Shown here: one piece after another, positions 44,969 through 57,791 of the stretch
Numbering within the stretch: the stretch's first letter is position 1
Layout: each line of letters begins with the position of its first letter
NCBI GenBank assembly: GCA_946965045.2
Contig: OX337234.1
Location: forward strand, 1,860,001-1,924,000
Source: Epithemia pelagica
Lineage: Eukaryota; Protista; Bacillariophyta
Direction: 5' to 3'
DNA length: 64,000 bases
Translations under genes and position numbers: made by a program
The notes under the pieces: model-generated
What the model was told of the DNA's origin: nothing
Databases searched by the model: none
What the model saw: only the letters and a program-made list of their open reading frames with translations

Positions 44969-45635
44969 GTAAACTTACTCCCTATCAAGCTGTGTAGGTA
45001 GTGAGAAATTCCTGGAAGCCATGTCACAAAGTGTCACACAAGTGTCACACACGAGAGGGAAACCGCGCGACTCGCACGAAACTACTTCCCGGTCGTACAA
45101 AAAATTCCTACTGTAGTATAAAAATGTGAGACGAACTACCTACACAGTCTGGTATGGAGTTAGTATTCTACTTCCCGCTCGCTAATGCGCGGGCTGGCGT
45201 GTCTTCGGACTGATGCTATAAAAAATAATGGTGACAATTACTTCGTACATAATCATCCTTTCTGTCCATTGACAAGAATAATTAATCAGTTGGATTTTTT
45301 ATCACTTAGATACATCCGCCGGCAGCACCTCCTCAACTTCAACCAAAGGTAAAGTATTCATAAAAGAAACGGGCCCGGCGCACTTTTTCACGTCGGGCGG
45401 CCTGACCGATCACATAAATACACTGCTTGGCATCAATCATCTTGGCCCCCAGCAGGCCCCAAGTGTTTTTTAGCTCTAACCTCTAACTCTAATCATCGGT
45501 CACTGGCATTCTCATTCTCTCTTCCTGCTGTATGTCAACAAAAAATCTCGAGGGATCTTTTGCTTGTTCGAAGCACCTCCAGCTCCAGCTTCACAACAGT
45601 ATTAGACTGTCTGGTACTCCCACCTGAAAACGACA

Positions 45636-48600
45636 ATGGTCTCAATAAAAAAACAAAGAAAACAAGCAGGAATGGTCGGCTTTTGGTACCAGGGTCTGCT
45701 GTAGCTGCCTGTTGTGTTCTCTATTTTCTTTCTTTGCACATCTCGCAACAATTGCACACTCTTCAATCGATCGAGATTGAACAACAGTCCCTAAGCCATC
45801 CCATAAAAGATGACAATTCCGTTCCTCTTGCCCCAGGTCACGGTCATTTTTCATGTTTGGAACCATTCGACCTGACTGTTAATCAGCTACGACTATTCCC
45901 TTTTGGGATGGTGCACTTCCATCCATGGAGAAGTCAGCCACGGCTGAAGATTTCTTGCCCATTGTCACAGCTTCCAGAGTTGACTTCAGATTCCCACTAC
46001 GTCCTATTTCCAAAAGCAAATCCAAGAAAAGTGTCGACTGTAGCGACGCGATTCAAGGAATTTCTGCGTATCAAGTCATTGCTCAGACGGCTCATGCTCC
46101 TCATCGAGTCATTTGGAACTCAGGCAAAATTCACGTCGACAACAAACAGATTCTAGCTCCCTCATCCGTCAAGTGGGATGGAAGGCTGGCACCTCTCAAA
46201 GCAGGCAGTGTCGTGAAATGGAAAGTACTGGTGTGGGATTTCCTTGGCCAAGGCCCCCAAGGCTCCGATTGGTCCAAGTTCGGAGTCGGTCCAGATTCTG
46301 GGAACTGGGATGCAGAATGGATCACTCACCCCAACGATTCCAACGATTTCGATACTCTCTCTGATGCAGAGGGTAAACCACATAAGCGAAACCTCGCGAA
46401 TCATATAGACTCGGAGGAAACCTGCTCCCTCTGGAAACATCGGCTCCCCTTACCAATTGCACGGGCTCAGTTCAACGTACCGAGGAAAAATGAAGTTGTC
46501 GGAGCACTGGTCGTTGCAAGTGGTCTTGGAATGTTTTCCGTATCAATGAATGGAAAGCGGCTTTCGTCAAGTTCTGTCCATGATCCACCACTTACAGACT
46601 TTGCTCAACGCGTTTCGTATAGAGGGTTTGATGTGACGAAAGAAATTGTCTCTCGCGACAACCACACACTTTCCATGGAGCTTGGCTCTGGATGGTGGGA
46701 TCCTCGACCAATCAATCCTGCTATTGTAACAATGGACTTCATGCCCACGGGTTCACTTACTGCCATTGCACAGCTTCACTTGCAGTATCGTGATGGAGAA
46801 CAAGAGATTCTGGTCCCAACAGGAGATAGTGGTAATTGGATGGTGGGAAAAGGACACCGTCTTGAATCTAATTTATACACAGGTGAAAAGATTGATTTGA
46901 AAAGACAGCACATGCATCGAGGATGGGATTCTTTTCAGCCCAGCTCGTCAAGTTCTATTAAGTGGGTTACTCCTCATATTTTCGAGGGCAGTGATTTTGG
47001 AACTTGGCGAGAAGATCTTGATCAGTTTGCCGTCCATCGCGAGAGAAGGTTTCTCAAAGCCATTCCACCGATTGGAATGCTTGTGCCACTGGAAATACCT
47101 CCTGTTCTGCCCGTAGACAAGATTGCTCCAACGTCAACTACACCTCTTGGTGATGGTCGTTGGCTTCTTGACTTTGGAAAAGGAACGTCAGGAGTCGTGC
47201 GCTTTGAAAGTGGGTTGCCTGTTCCCTATGTGCCTGAAAAATACCCAAGAGCACACAATCTTTCAATGGCGTTTGACCCAAATGACAAGTTTATATCAAT
47301 CGTCTACGGAGACTCTTTGGAACTAACCACAGGTGATATCAACATGGCCCTGGTCGCTGGGTATGGTCATCATTCAGGTGGGGAACGAGGTGAATCCAAA
47401 CCAAGGAATCTAGATGAACGAGGAGGAAAATGCTTTCCTCCAGAGGATTTGGTAGGATATCAAGCTTTGACACAGCGAGATGTCTTTGTTGTTCCAAGAG
47501 ATGCAGACCCATCCTTGTTTGTTGAAGCTACTCAGCCACATTTCGCGGTCCATGGTTTCCGTTATGCCGAAGTGTGCTGTTCCCATAAAGCACCGGTGGA
47601 CGCTTTTGCCATTCAGTATCGCACAGCATATGAAGTTTGGGGCAAATTTGACAGCAGCAATCCTGTTCTAAATGGAGGTGAGTTATGTCATATGAAAAAT
47701 AATTTGCGCAATGGTTTCGTCTCACCCCACTGGTAAACCATGAAAACAGCATACGAAATGTCCAAGAATGCTTTTGAAAGCAACACCTTGGGGATCCAGT
47801 CCGATTGTCCACATCGCGAACGGCTTCAATATGGAGGAGACATAGTCTCAAGCTCTCCTGCTTTTTTGCATATGTATGACATGTCTGCATTCTATAGAAA
47901 GGTTGTAAGAGACTGGACTGATTCGCAGTTTTCAAACGGAGCGTACGGCACCACGTCGGTTTTTATGGACCTTCTAGCGGGAGAGTCTGCAGTTGGACAG
48001 GGGGCTGGGGAAACTGTTTGGGCATCTGTAGCACCTGTAATGACAGCACGACACATGCGTTACTATGGAGACCTTGAAATGGCGAAAGAAACCCTTCAGA
48101 ACCACGACAAATGGTTTGACCTTCTTCTGAATAACTGGGATGCAGGCATGAAGGAGAAATTTGGCAACATCAAAAAGTATCGTGGAACGACTGACGGTGG
48201 CCTGGGTGATTGGTTAGCGATTGCAGGAAGCGATAGTTGGCTCATGCATCAAGCTTTCTTCCTTGCAACAGCACGCTCCATCGCCTATGCAACCAATAAA
48301 GTTCTCCAACAAGATCCCGGCATTGCCAATGATGGGATTGCAAATGCAGCCTACAAGAAGTTGCGTTTGAAAGCATTCGGGACAGCCACTCAGATTGAAA
48401 GAAACATAACACGTGTTTTTAAAGGCACCAAATTCTCTCATAACGACAACAACCTTTATCATCTTGGCCATGATCTTGCCATATTTTCAAGAATCGTGAA
48501 TGGAAAGGAGAGATGCCAGCACTTGGCCAACAGGTTAAGCGTTGCCGGTGACGAGAATACGGCGATATGGCCCGGCGATGAGGAGAATTTATTTATTCGC

Positions 48601-49611
48601 ACACTTAGCAAAAAGGAAAATGAGACAATGATGAAGGAAGGTCATGTCAAACGGGAGGAAAACAAAGGGATGTCGTCGTATAAAGTACGCTATGCAATTA
48701 TCACCGGAATCTTCGGTGTCAGGTATGGTTTGAGGACGCTTTCCGACAATGGATTTCACAGCCTCGCGCTGACAAAGGCCTCGGGATCCTTCATGCCTAG
48801 CTTTGGCATGATGCTTTCCTTCAATTCCACCACATTATGGGAAACATTCTGGCGTTCAGAAGACATTTTTAGTCGGAACCACCCAATGCTTGGTGCAATC
48901 GCAGAGTGGCTTGCGTCTTCCGTTGCTGGCATTTCCCTGTCACCTACATCAATTGGTGGAAAGGAATTTCTGTTTTGGCCGCGGCTTCCGTCAACTCTGG
49001 AGTCCGCCTCGATTATCAATGAGGCAAGCGCTACTCAAGGTTCCAAAATGGGAACAGCTGCCATTGCCTGGAAGCTTAAAGGAACCACGAAAACACTTCG
49101 ACAGGTGATGATTCGAATGTTGGTACCACCAGGCTCTACAGCGGAATTGAGACTACCCCCAACGAAGGTTGCGACGGGTGATAATAGCACGTATTGGCGC
49201 ATTGAGAGAGCTTTAGATCTGGTGGACCTTGACGAAGCTCAATCAGACGCCCAGAAAGAATGCGAACAACGCCGCAAACGAAAGGATGGTTTCCCTTTCC
49301 ATTGGCACTATGATCGCAAGATGAATGAGTTTAATCGAGTGTATGAGAAGAAGGAAATTGGAACTCCCTGCGAATCCTTCCTCTTCATGGTCGATCCGAT
49401 ATGGAAGAATTTCGGCGATGTTGCAGCAAGTGTAAAGGGCAGCTCCACAAAGTTGAAGGCAGGTCTCTACCAGGTCACAGCTAACCCTTGGATTCTAGAG
49501 GAGGACGTTCCCGTCCATGGGTACCAACCCGTCCAAGGAGATATGGGGCCATTTTGCGAAGATTCTTCGACCTTTGATTGGAACATTGATGACGCCGAAC
49601 ATCTTATTTGA
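45636..49611 (+). CDS. alpha-L-rhamnosidase (GH78); 5' end needs one or two -1 frameshift corrections
   Basis: SAYQV..IWNSGK, VASGLG, RVSYRGFDV, HGFRYAEV, intron 47678-47749, then QSDCPHRERLQYGGD, TTLWETFW, SRNHPM. Confidence 0.85.
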
Positions 49612-49764
49612 TCTGGTTACCCGATTTTACATTGCCTACATTTGGAATTCCGCCACAAAGCATACTGCTAAGGAAACCCACAAATGAGACAGAGAATAAA
49701 ATAAAATAACTACATACTTTACAACGGTTATTGAATAAATACCATGGCCCCGTTCTATTCACTT

Positions 49765-50646
49765 CTACACAATTTGAGCAGGAGTTGTTGATCCGGATGT
49801 GCTGTGGTCTTGCTCCGCCGAGTTTTCCCCGGAATCTTGTCCAGCAGGACACGACGCTTCCTCTCCACCACTACCTTGCGTAGATAGCCAGTGCTCCTCT
49901 TTCGAGTTTTGTTCTTCCTCAGTGGGAATGCTGGTTGGCGATTCGTGTACCGTTGATGGTTCTACAACTGGGTAGTTGTTGTGTTGGGCCGAATTCGAGT
50001 CATAAACGTGGCTCTGGCGTGATCGTCCTTCAACCACAAGTCCATCTCCAGCTTCTCTGGTATGCATGTGATCCTTTGGAACGGGATAGTGACTAAATAT
50101 CAAAATTGCAGCAACCAACCACAAGACACAAGCGGCAATGTCCGCGTTGGAACCCCAAAACAAAGAACAGTCATTCTTCTGACAAAGATCCGTCTTGAAC
50201 CAAAGAAACGACGCTGCCTGGAAAAGACAAGCCAGGAGAACCACAAAACCAGCTAATCGCCACGTTCCACGCGAAAACACGCAGCAAACCGAGAAACACA
50301 GAAAAAGACTGCATGTTCCACCCAACACCAAACTGGCAAAATCAAAGCCTTTCGCCACGTTCCACCAGATGTCCATTTCCACCTCTTCCTCGCGATACGT
50401 AAGGCATTGGCCAATATATTCGACTTCCCAGGAATCGGTTTTCGCATTGTATCGTGGTTCACGGTAAGCTTTTCGCCCTGCTTCCAAGTATGGAGCATTG
50501 GGTTGACTTGCAATTCTCTCCACGATTTCACCTTCGACCCGAACAAAATCACATCCATCTTGAAACAAACCACACATCCATCCAAGTGTGGTTAGTACTG
50601 TCGGAACGACGGAGTACCATCCATGAGGAATGGACTGGATGGGCAT
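49765..50646 (-). CDS. 4-TM membrane protein (claudin-like topology), unknown function
   Basis: Four hydrophobic segments, paired Cys in the loops and an acidic tail. Confidence 0.7.
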   Translation of the reverse strand: MPIQSIPHGWYSVVPTVLTTLGWMCGLFQDGCDFVRVEGEIVERIASQPNAPYLEAGRKAYREPRYNAKTDSWEVEYIGQCLTYREEEVEMDIWWNVAKGFDFASLVLGGTCSLFLCFSVCCVFSRGTWRLAGFVVLLACLFQAASFLWFKTDLCQKNDCSLFWGSNADIAACVLWLVAAILIFSHYPVPKDHMHTREAGDGLVVEGRSRQSHVYDSNSAQHNNYPVVEPSTVHESPTSIPTEEEQNSKEEHWLSTQGSGGEEASCPAGQDSGENSAEQDHSTSGSTTPAQIV

Positions 50647-51082
50647 GGCGACATGGGAGTGTTGTTTTCCAGCGCAAGAATGTATGTCGCTTCATTGATC
50701 TCGTTCCGTCCCACTATGTCTCTTCTGATGGGCACGTGTGCGTGGATGGCGCGTAGTGGGTGAGACATGCGCGCCACAACACAATACGCGACTCAATCAA
50801 GCGCTAGTGCTAGTGGGTCTGCGTCTCTAGCTACTCCTTCCTAGCGCTAAGGCGTACGGATTTTCCTCGACCATGGACAAAGCAGTCGTAGAACAAGGAT
50901 GAGATTGAGTTACGGTCTCTCAATACATAAGGGGAAGTGACACTTGCCAATGCGAATATCTTCTAGGAGTAGAAAGATATAACTACCGATTTCATGTTTT
51001 AAAATACGAGCCCATTTCCCATGGTCCACAGATGGATCCAGGACCCATCAAGTCTTCATATAATGATGAGATAGCCACAAAG

Positions 51083-52664
51083 CTACGCGGTCTTCGACTT
51101 GGGCTTTGGAGTGGGAAGCATGGACACAAGAACATAGAATATGACGCAACCAATGTGCCCAAAGAAGAAATGACTCTTCCAGAGATCCCAACTTCGGTCC
51201 AGGGCAAGCATGACAAATGCCGAGACCAAGTACTCGGTACAGAGAGAGGTTGTGATAATGCAGCAAATTCCGTAGAGAGACCATTTTTCGGGCGAAAAGT
51301 GAGGCGAGATCTTCTTCTTTCCGATACGTTCACAGAACGTGACCAAGGGTACCGAGAAGAAAAAGAGGTAGTATCCAGGGTAGAATCCGTGCCAAAACGC
51401 CGACATGGCATACACTGCAACCAGGTTTCCATTGGTTCGGATGTACACATAACGAGTCAACCAAAGAGAAGTTTTCTTGTTCCAACTCTTTGACAATGTC
51501 TGGATGTTCGGAGCCGTTTCAAATTCCCAAATGTCCATGTTCTTGGCGAGTTCCCAACCTTTCCCCTTTCCATTGTCATCAAATCCTTCGAAACCTGCAT
51601 ACCAGACGTTGTTGGCAGCCTCAGCATTGCACCAGGCAATAAGGTACTTTTGGCGGACACCCCACAGTCCGACCCACATGTAGGCATAACGCTGAATCCA
51701 GGGTTTGGCCAGGAATTCTGCGGTGAGAACAACAGGGGTGTTTTTCTGGGGGTCTGTGGGGTCCAAAAGAGGAAACATCCCACCGATGGCGATAAACACA
51801 ATCATAGAGAAAACACTCTGCAAGAAAGGGCGGAATGTTGGCCAGAAGTTCGACGGAATTTCGCCCTTGGGCTTCCCGTCCGCGTTGTACATGTGGCTGC
51901 CATCACAAGCCTTACGGTAAGTCGAAAATTCGAAGGCAGGCCCCGAGAGAACGGAGGCAAAGGCAAATGTGTATCCAAGGAATTCGAGGAGATCTGGAAG
52001 TTCCTGAAGGGCATATGGTTCGCATTTCTTGGAGGCTTTCGACGCCTTTCCCTTGGCCAAGAGTTCACCGTCGTACAAGTTGTATGCAAGCATATACAGC
52101 TTTTGGGTGATCACCATCTGTGCACTTGTAAAATCTAGATCCCAACCAAGGTAGTTGATGTATTGCCGATGAAGATGTCCAAGAACGCAGTAGATGACGA
52201 CAAACGTAGGAACAACCATGACACATGTCTTGCGAGGCAAAACTAAGAACATCCCGTATGCAACCAAGGAAGTGACCAGTTGGTGCATCCATTGGACACC
52301 GGTTGTTAACTGGAGCAAGAAAATTCCAAAGATCAAGTTGCATGCATGACGGGTCTTTCCATGAGGGACGAAATTCATCAACATACCAAACAAGTAGCTG
52401 ATATACATTCCGACCGTGAAATTAAGCGTCGGCACGTCGAATCCAATTGTGTCGGCAAGCGTCTGAATACCATCGCGAAGGAATTCCGGAACTAGGTAGG
52501 TTCGTAGGCTTCAGTGAGAGAGCTGTGGTGCATGAGAACCGTGAGTTGACAAGCACCATCACACACGTACCGAGAACAACCGTCGGCTCGAAGACGGGTG
52601 CCAAGTTGTACACAGCGTCAATAGACGCATCCAAAAAGTTTGTTACGACCTCGGGCAAGGCCAT
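51083..52664 (-). CDS. MBOAT lysophospholipid acyltransferase (LPCAT/LPLAT-like), 2 exons
   Basis: Intron 52492-52570. WNKKTSLWL and SAFWHGFYPGYY (catalytic His) motifs. Confidence 0.92.
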
Positions 52665-53679
52665 GATGAATTCGAAAACCTACAGACTGAGGCCTGTTTA
52701 ATGTGACTATCCGTAGAAACCTGGATGCTTCCTGCTTGTCGACTTATGCGTTCTCGAGATCGACGAGGGGGATTTTTGTTTCATGACGAGAAAGGTGTGA
52801 ATCTTCCGCGTCAAAGGGTCTGTCGCGTCAAACGCTGTGTCCATACGTCACCGCCCACTGTGGCAGTCGCAGTTCTTCAAACGCGCACCTCTTTCCCAAA
52901 AGAACCAAGAACCCATCGGACGACGTGTCGCCTTGGTTCATTCACAGTTTCGATCGACTAAAATGTAAGAGGATTGTTCCGCAACAAGAAGTCGCTTAGA
53001 GCTTAGCTAGATATCAAGTAGGAGTATCCAAGAGGACAAGGATTCTCGGGAAATGAAAACATGGTTTCTGAATTTTGACTTGCGCGTTAACATTATGTGT
53101 TAAAAACGATACAGGATGTTCGGTCGTGGTGATCCTGCTCATGAGACATACTTTCCATAAATTCGTCCGTCATCATGAGAAAGTATGAAGTCCATCAAAA
53201 CGGCATCGGAATCTCGCAGAGTGACACATCGTGAACCGGCAGGGATTAGGTTCATGCCGATTCCGACCGATGATTGCAGTTCTTTCCGACGGTGCGGTAT
53301 GGGGTCCCCCGTCATTTCATTCGAATGTCCCGGTGCATAGCAGACGCCTGGTTTGGCATCATCTGACACGAGTGCTTTAATGGCCGGAAGTGCTCCGTCG
53401 TAGAGACAGTGACTCAGGCCACACAACTGAAAGAGGGGCGGAAAGAGGAATCGCAAAAAGTACTTGACATACCAGGCTTGATCGTCGGCGTTCAACAGGT
53501 TAGTGCGGGCATTTCCAGGATGACACGCACAGCTGCTTAATTGACAACTTGACTGATCCTGCCTTTATTCCTAAAACCCTCGAGCGCGGAACACGCCATC
53601 TATCGTCATCGTTGGTTTGTGTTGTGGTTTTGATAAGTGCCAAACAACAGAGTCCAATGAACAAGGGAAGGGAGATGGT

Positions 53680-54650
53680 GGGGGGAGGATTCCCAGATCT
53701 TCTTTAACCTAGCAGTAATAGGCATGGGTTGATTGAGTAGATAGTGGCAACGATCTAGGAGTAGGTAGTCAAGCAGGAGCTATGGTCGAGTTTGCAGCAG
53801 TGGGCAACACAGTGGCCTTGCAAGCCCATCTACACGGAGCTACCATGCAAGTCGTAGTATTAGTGATGGCGATTCACGTAAACTACCCAGGACACCCGAC
53901 CGGCCTGATCCAGTGTCTGGTACGGCCTACGCTGTACTACCCCCAACTCACCGTACAAGAACGACTCTGGGACAATCGCTGGCTTGCTCAGGCAGGGGAC
54001 ATCGCGCATGGACAGTACAATTTGGTGGAGTTTTCCGCCACGGATTTGCAGCGTACCCCAGCCATCCCGAACGACGTCGCGGACACCATGACAGTCCTGG
54101 ACGATGTCGCCATGGAGGCAGAGGCTACGGCCAACCAAGACACTCGAGCAGCCCAGCCACCAAACAATGCGGTGCCAACCTTGGCTTTTTACCTTCCGAT
54201 GTCTCTGCTCACTCATTGCGCGCCGCCGGTGGTGGATTGCAACGTGTACCTAGTGGACAGGCCACAGCGAAAGAGACCAACATTTAATTGGCACCAAATA
54301 CAACAATACAGAAACAATACAGCAAACAATGGCCGCTCCGTTGAAAAGGAAGTCAAGTCAACATCTGAAAGCTCGATCATGGGAGACGTGGAGAACGACG
54401 GGAGTACTGCCCTATCCAGCATCCAGCGATGTCCTCTCCTTGCGTGCGTTGGTTGTTGGTTGTGGTAAACAGGATTGCAGATTGCAGCAAGTAGAAGGTT
54501 CAGTAAATTTTTTTATGTTGGCGAGTAAAGAGAGTATACATTCACTTTCACTCCCACTCTTTCTGTCTTTCCAACTCCTTTCGTATTTGTTGAGTTTCGT
54601 TATACGGTACTCCATCAAGGAGTATTAGATAACGGGGAGTTACCCTTCTC
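53680..54650 (+). mobile_element. probable internally deleted relic of a second tyrosine-recombinase retroelement
   Basis: Frame 53913..54287 contains NLGFLPSDVSAHSLRAAG (54177-54230), a YR HxxR box. The surrounding ORF 53782..54468 has no recognisable product. Limits are approximate. Confidence 0.45.
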
Positions 54651-55042
54651 TGCGCGACGTCGGAACTGTGACATTTAGATAGTTGATTTGTGAGGACAGG
54701 CGGTTTTGCCGCCCACCGGAAAACGGCCGCGCGTGTGTTTAAACATGCTTAGTATATAAATATCAAGAGTACCCATATGGCCTAAACATATAGACTTATT
54801 CAGGATGTATATGAATATAAGCGCGGTGGGCTCGCTTCACCTCTCGTTCGCTAAACGCTGGGTGTCTTCGGGGTTTTGCGTCTGCCTCTCCCTTTATTCA
54901 CACACGACGACTTTGAGTCGCCATCGCCACATTACTCACTCTCGATTTTGCATCTCTCCAACAACTGTTGTCATATCGTTGCTTGTCCTCATCTCTTTAG
55001 TCTCTCCATCAGTTCATAGTCAGGAAAGTGTTCAAGCAGAGG

Positions 55043-56496
55043 ATGATGTCGACTCGGTCCTCTTCGAGCCGCCGAGCATTCCAGGTGAGTTTGCCTTTCC
55101 GTCAAACAATAGAATCCTTTCTCCTTCTTCTTTGACAAGCTGTCGACGTCGCCCGAGATGAAACCGCTGGACCCGTTCTGACTGATGTCGAGAGATATTG
55201 GTGGTGTCATATCTGGAATCAGATCTCGATCCCTCCATTGATTCAACAAATTGATTCGGCCCGTGGGTCTTGAGTCGATGACTTGATGCCCAATAATGTT
55301 CGACATGCGGCATTTCATTGTATCCAATCAACGAAGACTTCACTCACACTCTCGTTTCTTGCTTCAGGATGTCTCAAACAACAATCGTATTGGAGCGAAT
55401 GTTAATAACGGCAAGACAAAGCCGCTGCCTGTCAAAAAGAGCAATGGAGTGAAAACACGGTCAATGAGCATTGAGGCTGCTAAGCCATCCACAACAATAG
55501 TACGCTCCAATGCTTTCGGTCTCACTAGAAGTGAGATGGAAGAAGATGTCATTCCTCGTCAGATTGTTCCCAGCGCATCAACCCGAGCTGATCCAAACTC
55601 CTATCAGGTCACAGGATCTGTTGATGATATTGATGACCGCGACAAAGACGATCCTCTTTGCGTTACAGAATACGTTGAGGACATGTACACACATTTCCGA
55701 GGGAAAGAAATTGGAACTTCAGTTCGCCCAACCTACATGGAAACACAGGCTCACATCAACGAACGCATGCGATCAATCCTTGTTGACTGGCTCGTGGAGG
55801 TTCATCTCAAGTTCAAACTTGTTCCCGAAACCTTGTACTTGACCGTCAACCTCATTGATCGTTATTTGGAGCGCGCCGAAGTCTCACGGCCGCGGCTCCA
55901 GCTTGTTGGTGTTACGGCTCTTCTCCTCGCATCCAAATATGAAGAGATTTACCCACCTGAACTTCGTGACCTTGTCTACATTTGTGATCGCGCCTACACA
56001 AGACAAGATGTAAGTCAAAGATTCAAACGAATGAACCGGTATCTTTCTCCGCACAGATCCTCATTTGTCGTGTTGTAAACAGATTATCGATATGGAAGAA
56101 AAGATTCTTAAAACCTTGGAGTACCAAGTCACCGTTCCAAGTGCACATGCCTTTCTTGTCCGTATCCTGAAAGCTGGCCATGCTGACAAAAAGATTGTTC
56201 AGCTGTCGTGCTACGTTTTGGATGGAACTTTGCAGTCGTACAATCTGCTTCATTATTTACCCAGTCAGCTTGCAGCTGCAGCAGTGTACATCGCTCGTCG
56301 CACGGTTGGAAGAAACGGGTGGAGCCCCACGTTGCTCAAATATGCCTTTTACTGTGAAGAGGAGGTAATGCCTGTCGCTCGAGCCATTCTCGCGGAGAAA
56401 GGCGTAGCCAGTCCAGAATTGAAAGCAGTGAACAAGAAATATACCAGCCACCGGTATGGAGCTGTTGCAAATACATCGCTTCAGTGTGATTTCTAG
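55043..56496 (+). CDS. CYCB1: B-type mitotic cyclin, 3 exons
   Basis: Introns 55085-55367 and 56010-56082. Destruction box RRAFQ|DVSN. Cyclin box MRSILVDWLVEVH...ETLYLTVNLIDRYL. Confidence 0.93.
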
Positions 56497-57247
56497 GATC
56501 ATTTTAAGACATGATCCTTCCCCCCAAATACGGTTTGCCGCAAGAAGTATGCCAGCATGTCGTTGACCGCCATGTCCTGCACTCTGCCAACACGTTCACT
56601 AAGTTCATAAGAGATAGCGCTGTCTCTATTCCGTCCAATACAATACGTTAATTCCATACGGGAGGATAAGACGTAGAACATTCAATTATTTGACACTGTC
56701 GTAGCGAACGGTGACATCCTAGAGTGCATTGTGTTTGGCACCTTGGCTGGATACATGCTGGGAGCAGTGCGCAACTTTTCTCTCCACAACCTGATTCATT
56801 CCTTTTCGATCCCAAAAATCTAAATCTGTTGTTGGAGTTCGGAAGAGAAATGTCAGCCTTTTTGTCTGACTGCGTCCCATAATCTTAAATGGAGCCATGG
56901 AACAAGACCCGGCGCACTCACTCTGCATGTCGATGTCGCTGGTAAAATGTTGACTGCACCGAGTGGAGCTACAAGAGGTACTGGTTGAAACTGCGCCATA
57001 CACTAAGACGTAGAGTGCGGAACATAATGTGTAATCTATTAGAAGGTCCGCTAGAGATAGGCCAGCTATTCGCAGCTTCATACAGATATGGAACGACCGG
57101 TGTGATGTGTGTGATCCCAACCACAAGCGAGTGCAAGATTGTTGAATAGCCAATCCTAAGGATCACTTCTCAAGTTCATTCAACCGTGAAAGGAAGGAAA
57201 TTCTTTTGAGAATCAGTTAAGGTTGATGTCCCCATAGTAGATAAAAA

Positions 57248-57535
57248 TTACTTTGCAGCAGTAGGAGGCGCGATGGATTCCTTCTGGAGTTCTGCCCGTA
57301 GATTTTTGGTGAAATCGTCGTCCATATCATCATCCCAATTTTCCATCCATTGTTGAGTTTCGTCTTCTGTTTCGGCCTTGCTCCAATTGCTTGGTTCAAA
57401 CTCTTCAAAATCATCGTCATCTTCAATGGCTTCCAGCATGGATTTGTTGTCGGCCTTGTCGGATGGTGCTACTCCAGGAACAGAGGTATCTTTCTTTTCA
57501 CCAGATTCTTTTTCCTTCGAGTTTCCAGAACTCAT
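57248..57535 (-). CDS. SEM1: 26S proteasome subunit SEM1/DSS1
   Basis: LEAIEDDDDFEEF, WMENWDDD, DDFTKNLRAEL. Confidence 0.92.
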   Translation of the reverse strand: MSSGNSKEKESGEKKDTSVPGVAPSDKADNKSMLEAIEDDDDFEEFEPSNWSKAETEDETQQWMENWDDDMDDDFTKNLRAELQKESIAPPTAAK

Positions 57536-57791
57536 TTTTCGTTCTTCCTTCCCTTCGATTGGTTCCAGCAATAGCGAGATCTCGAAAGGATGCTCACAGT
57601 GCCCTCGATGATTTGAACAGAAGAGACAGCGACTCTTTGATTTTCTGGGTCGTTCCTTTCTTTTCGAAATGGAAGAGGGGATATGACCCCCCATTTACAA
57701 TGGATTCGGGGGTATCATATCATTGTCGAACGTCTTTCCGCAGACCTTCGTCACTTGTAATAGCGTCCATCCTTCCGGAACAACGCCATCT

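Noticed and set aside
53139-53495. 118-aa minus-strand ORF
   Set aside because: Non-ATG start, short upstream frame and no recognisable family. Possibly a gene fragment, left uncalled.
55032-55343. Minus-strand LIGYNEMPHVEHYW resembling a piggyBac transposase motif
   Set aside because: Lies antisense within the cyclin B first intron/exon and has no other transposase motifs.
56719-57166. Overlapping short minus-strand ORFs between cyclin B and SEM1
   Set aside because: No motif, splice pattern or compositional support.
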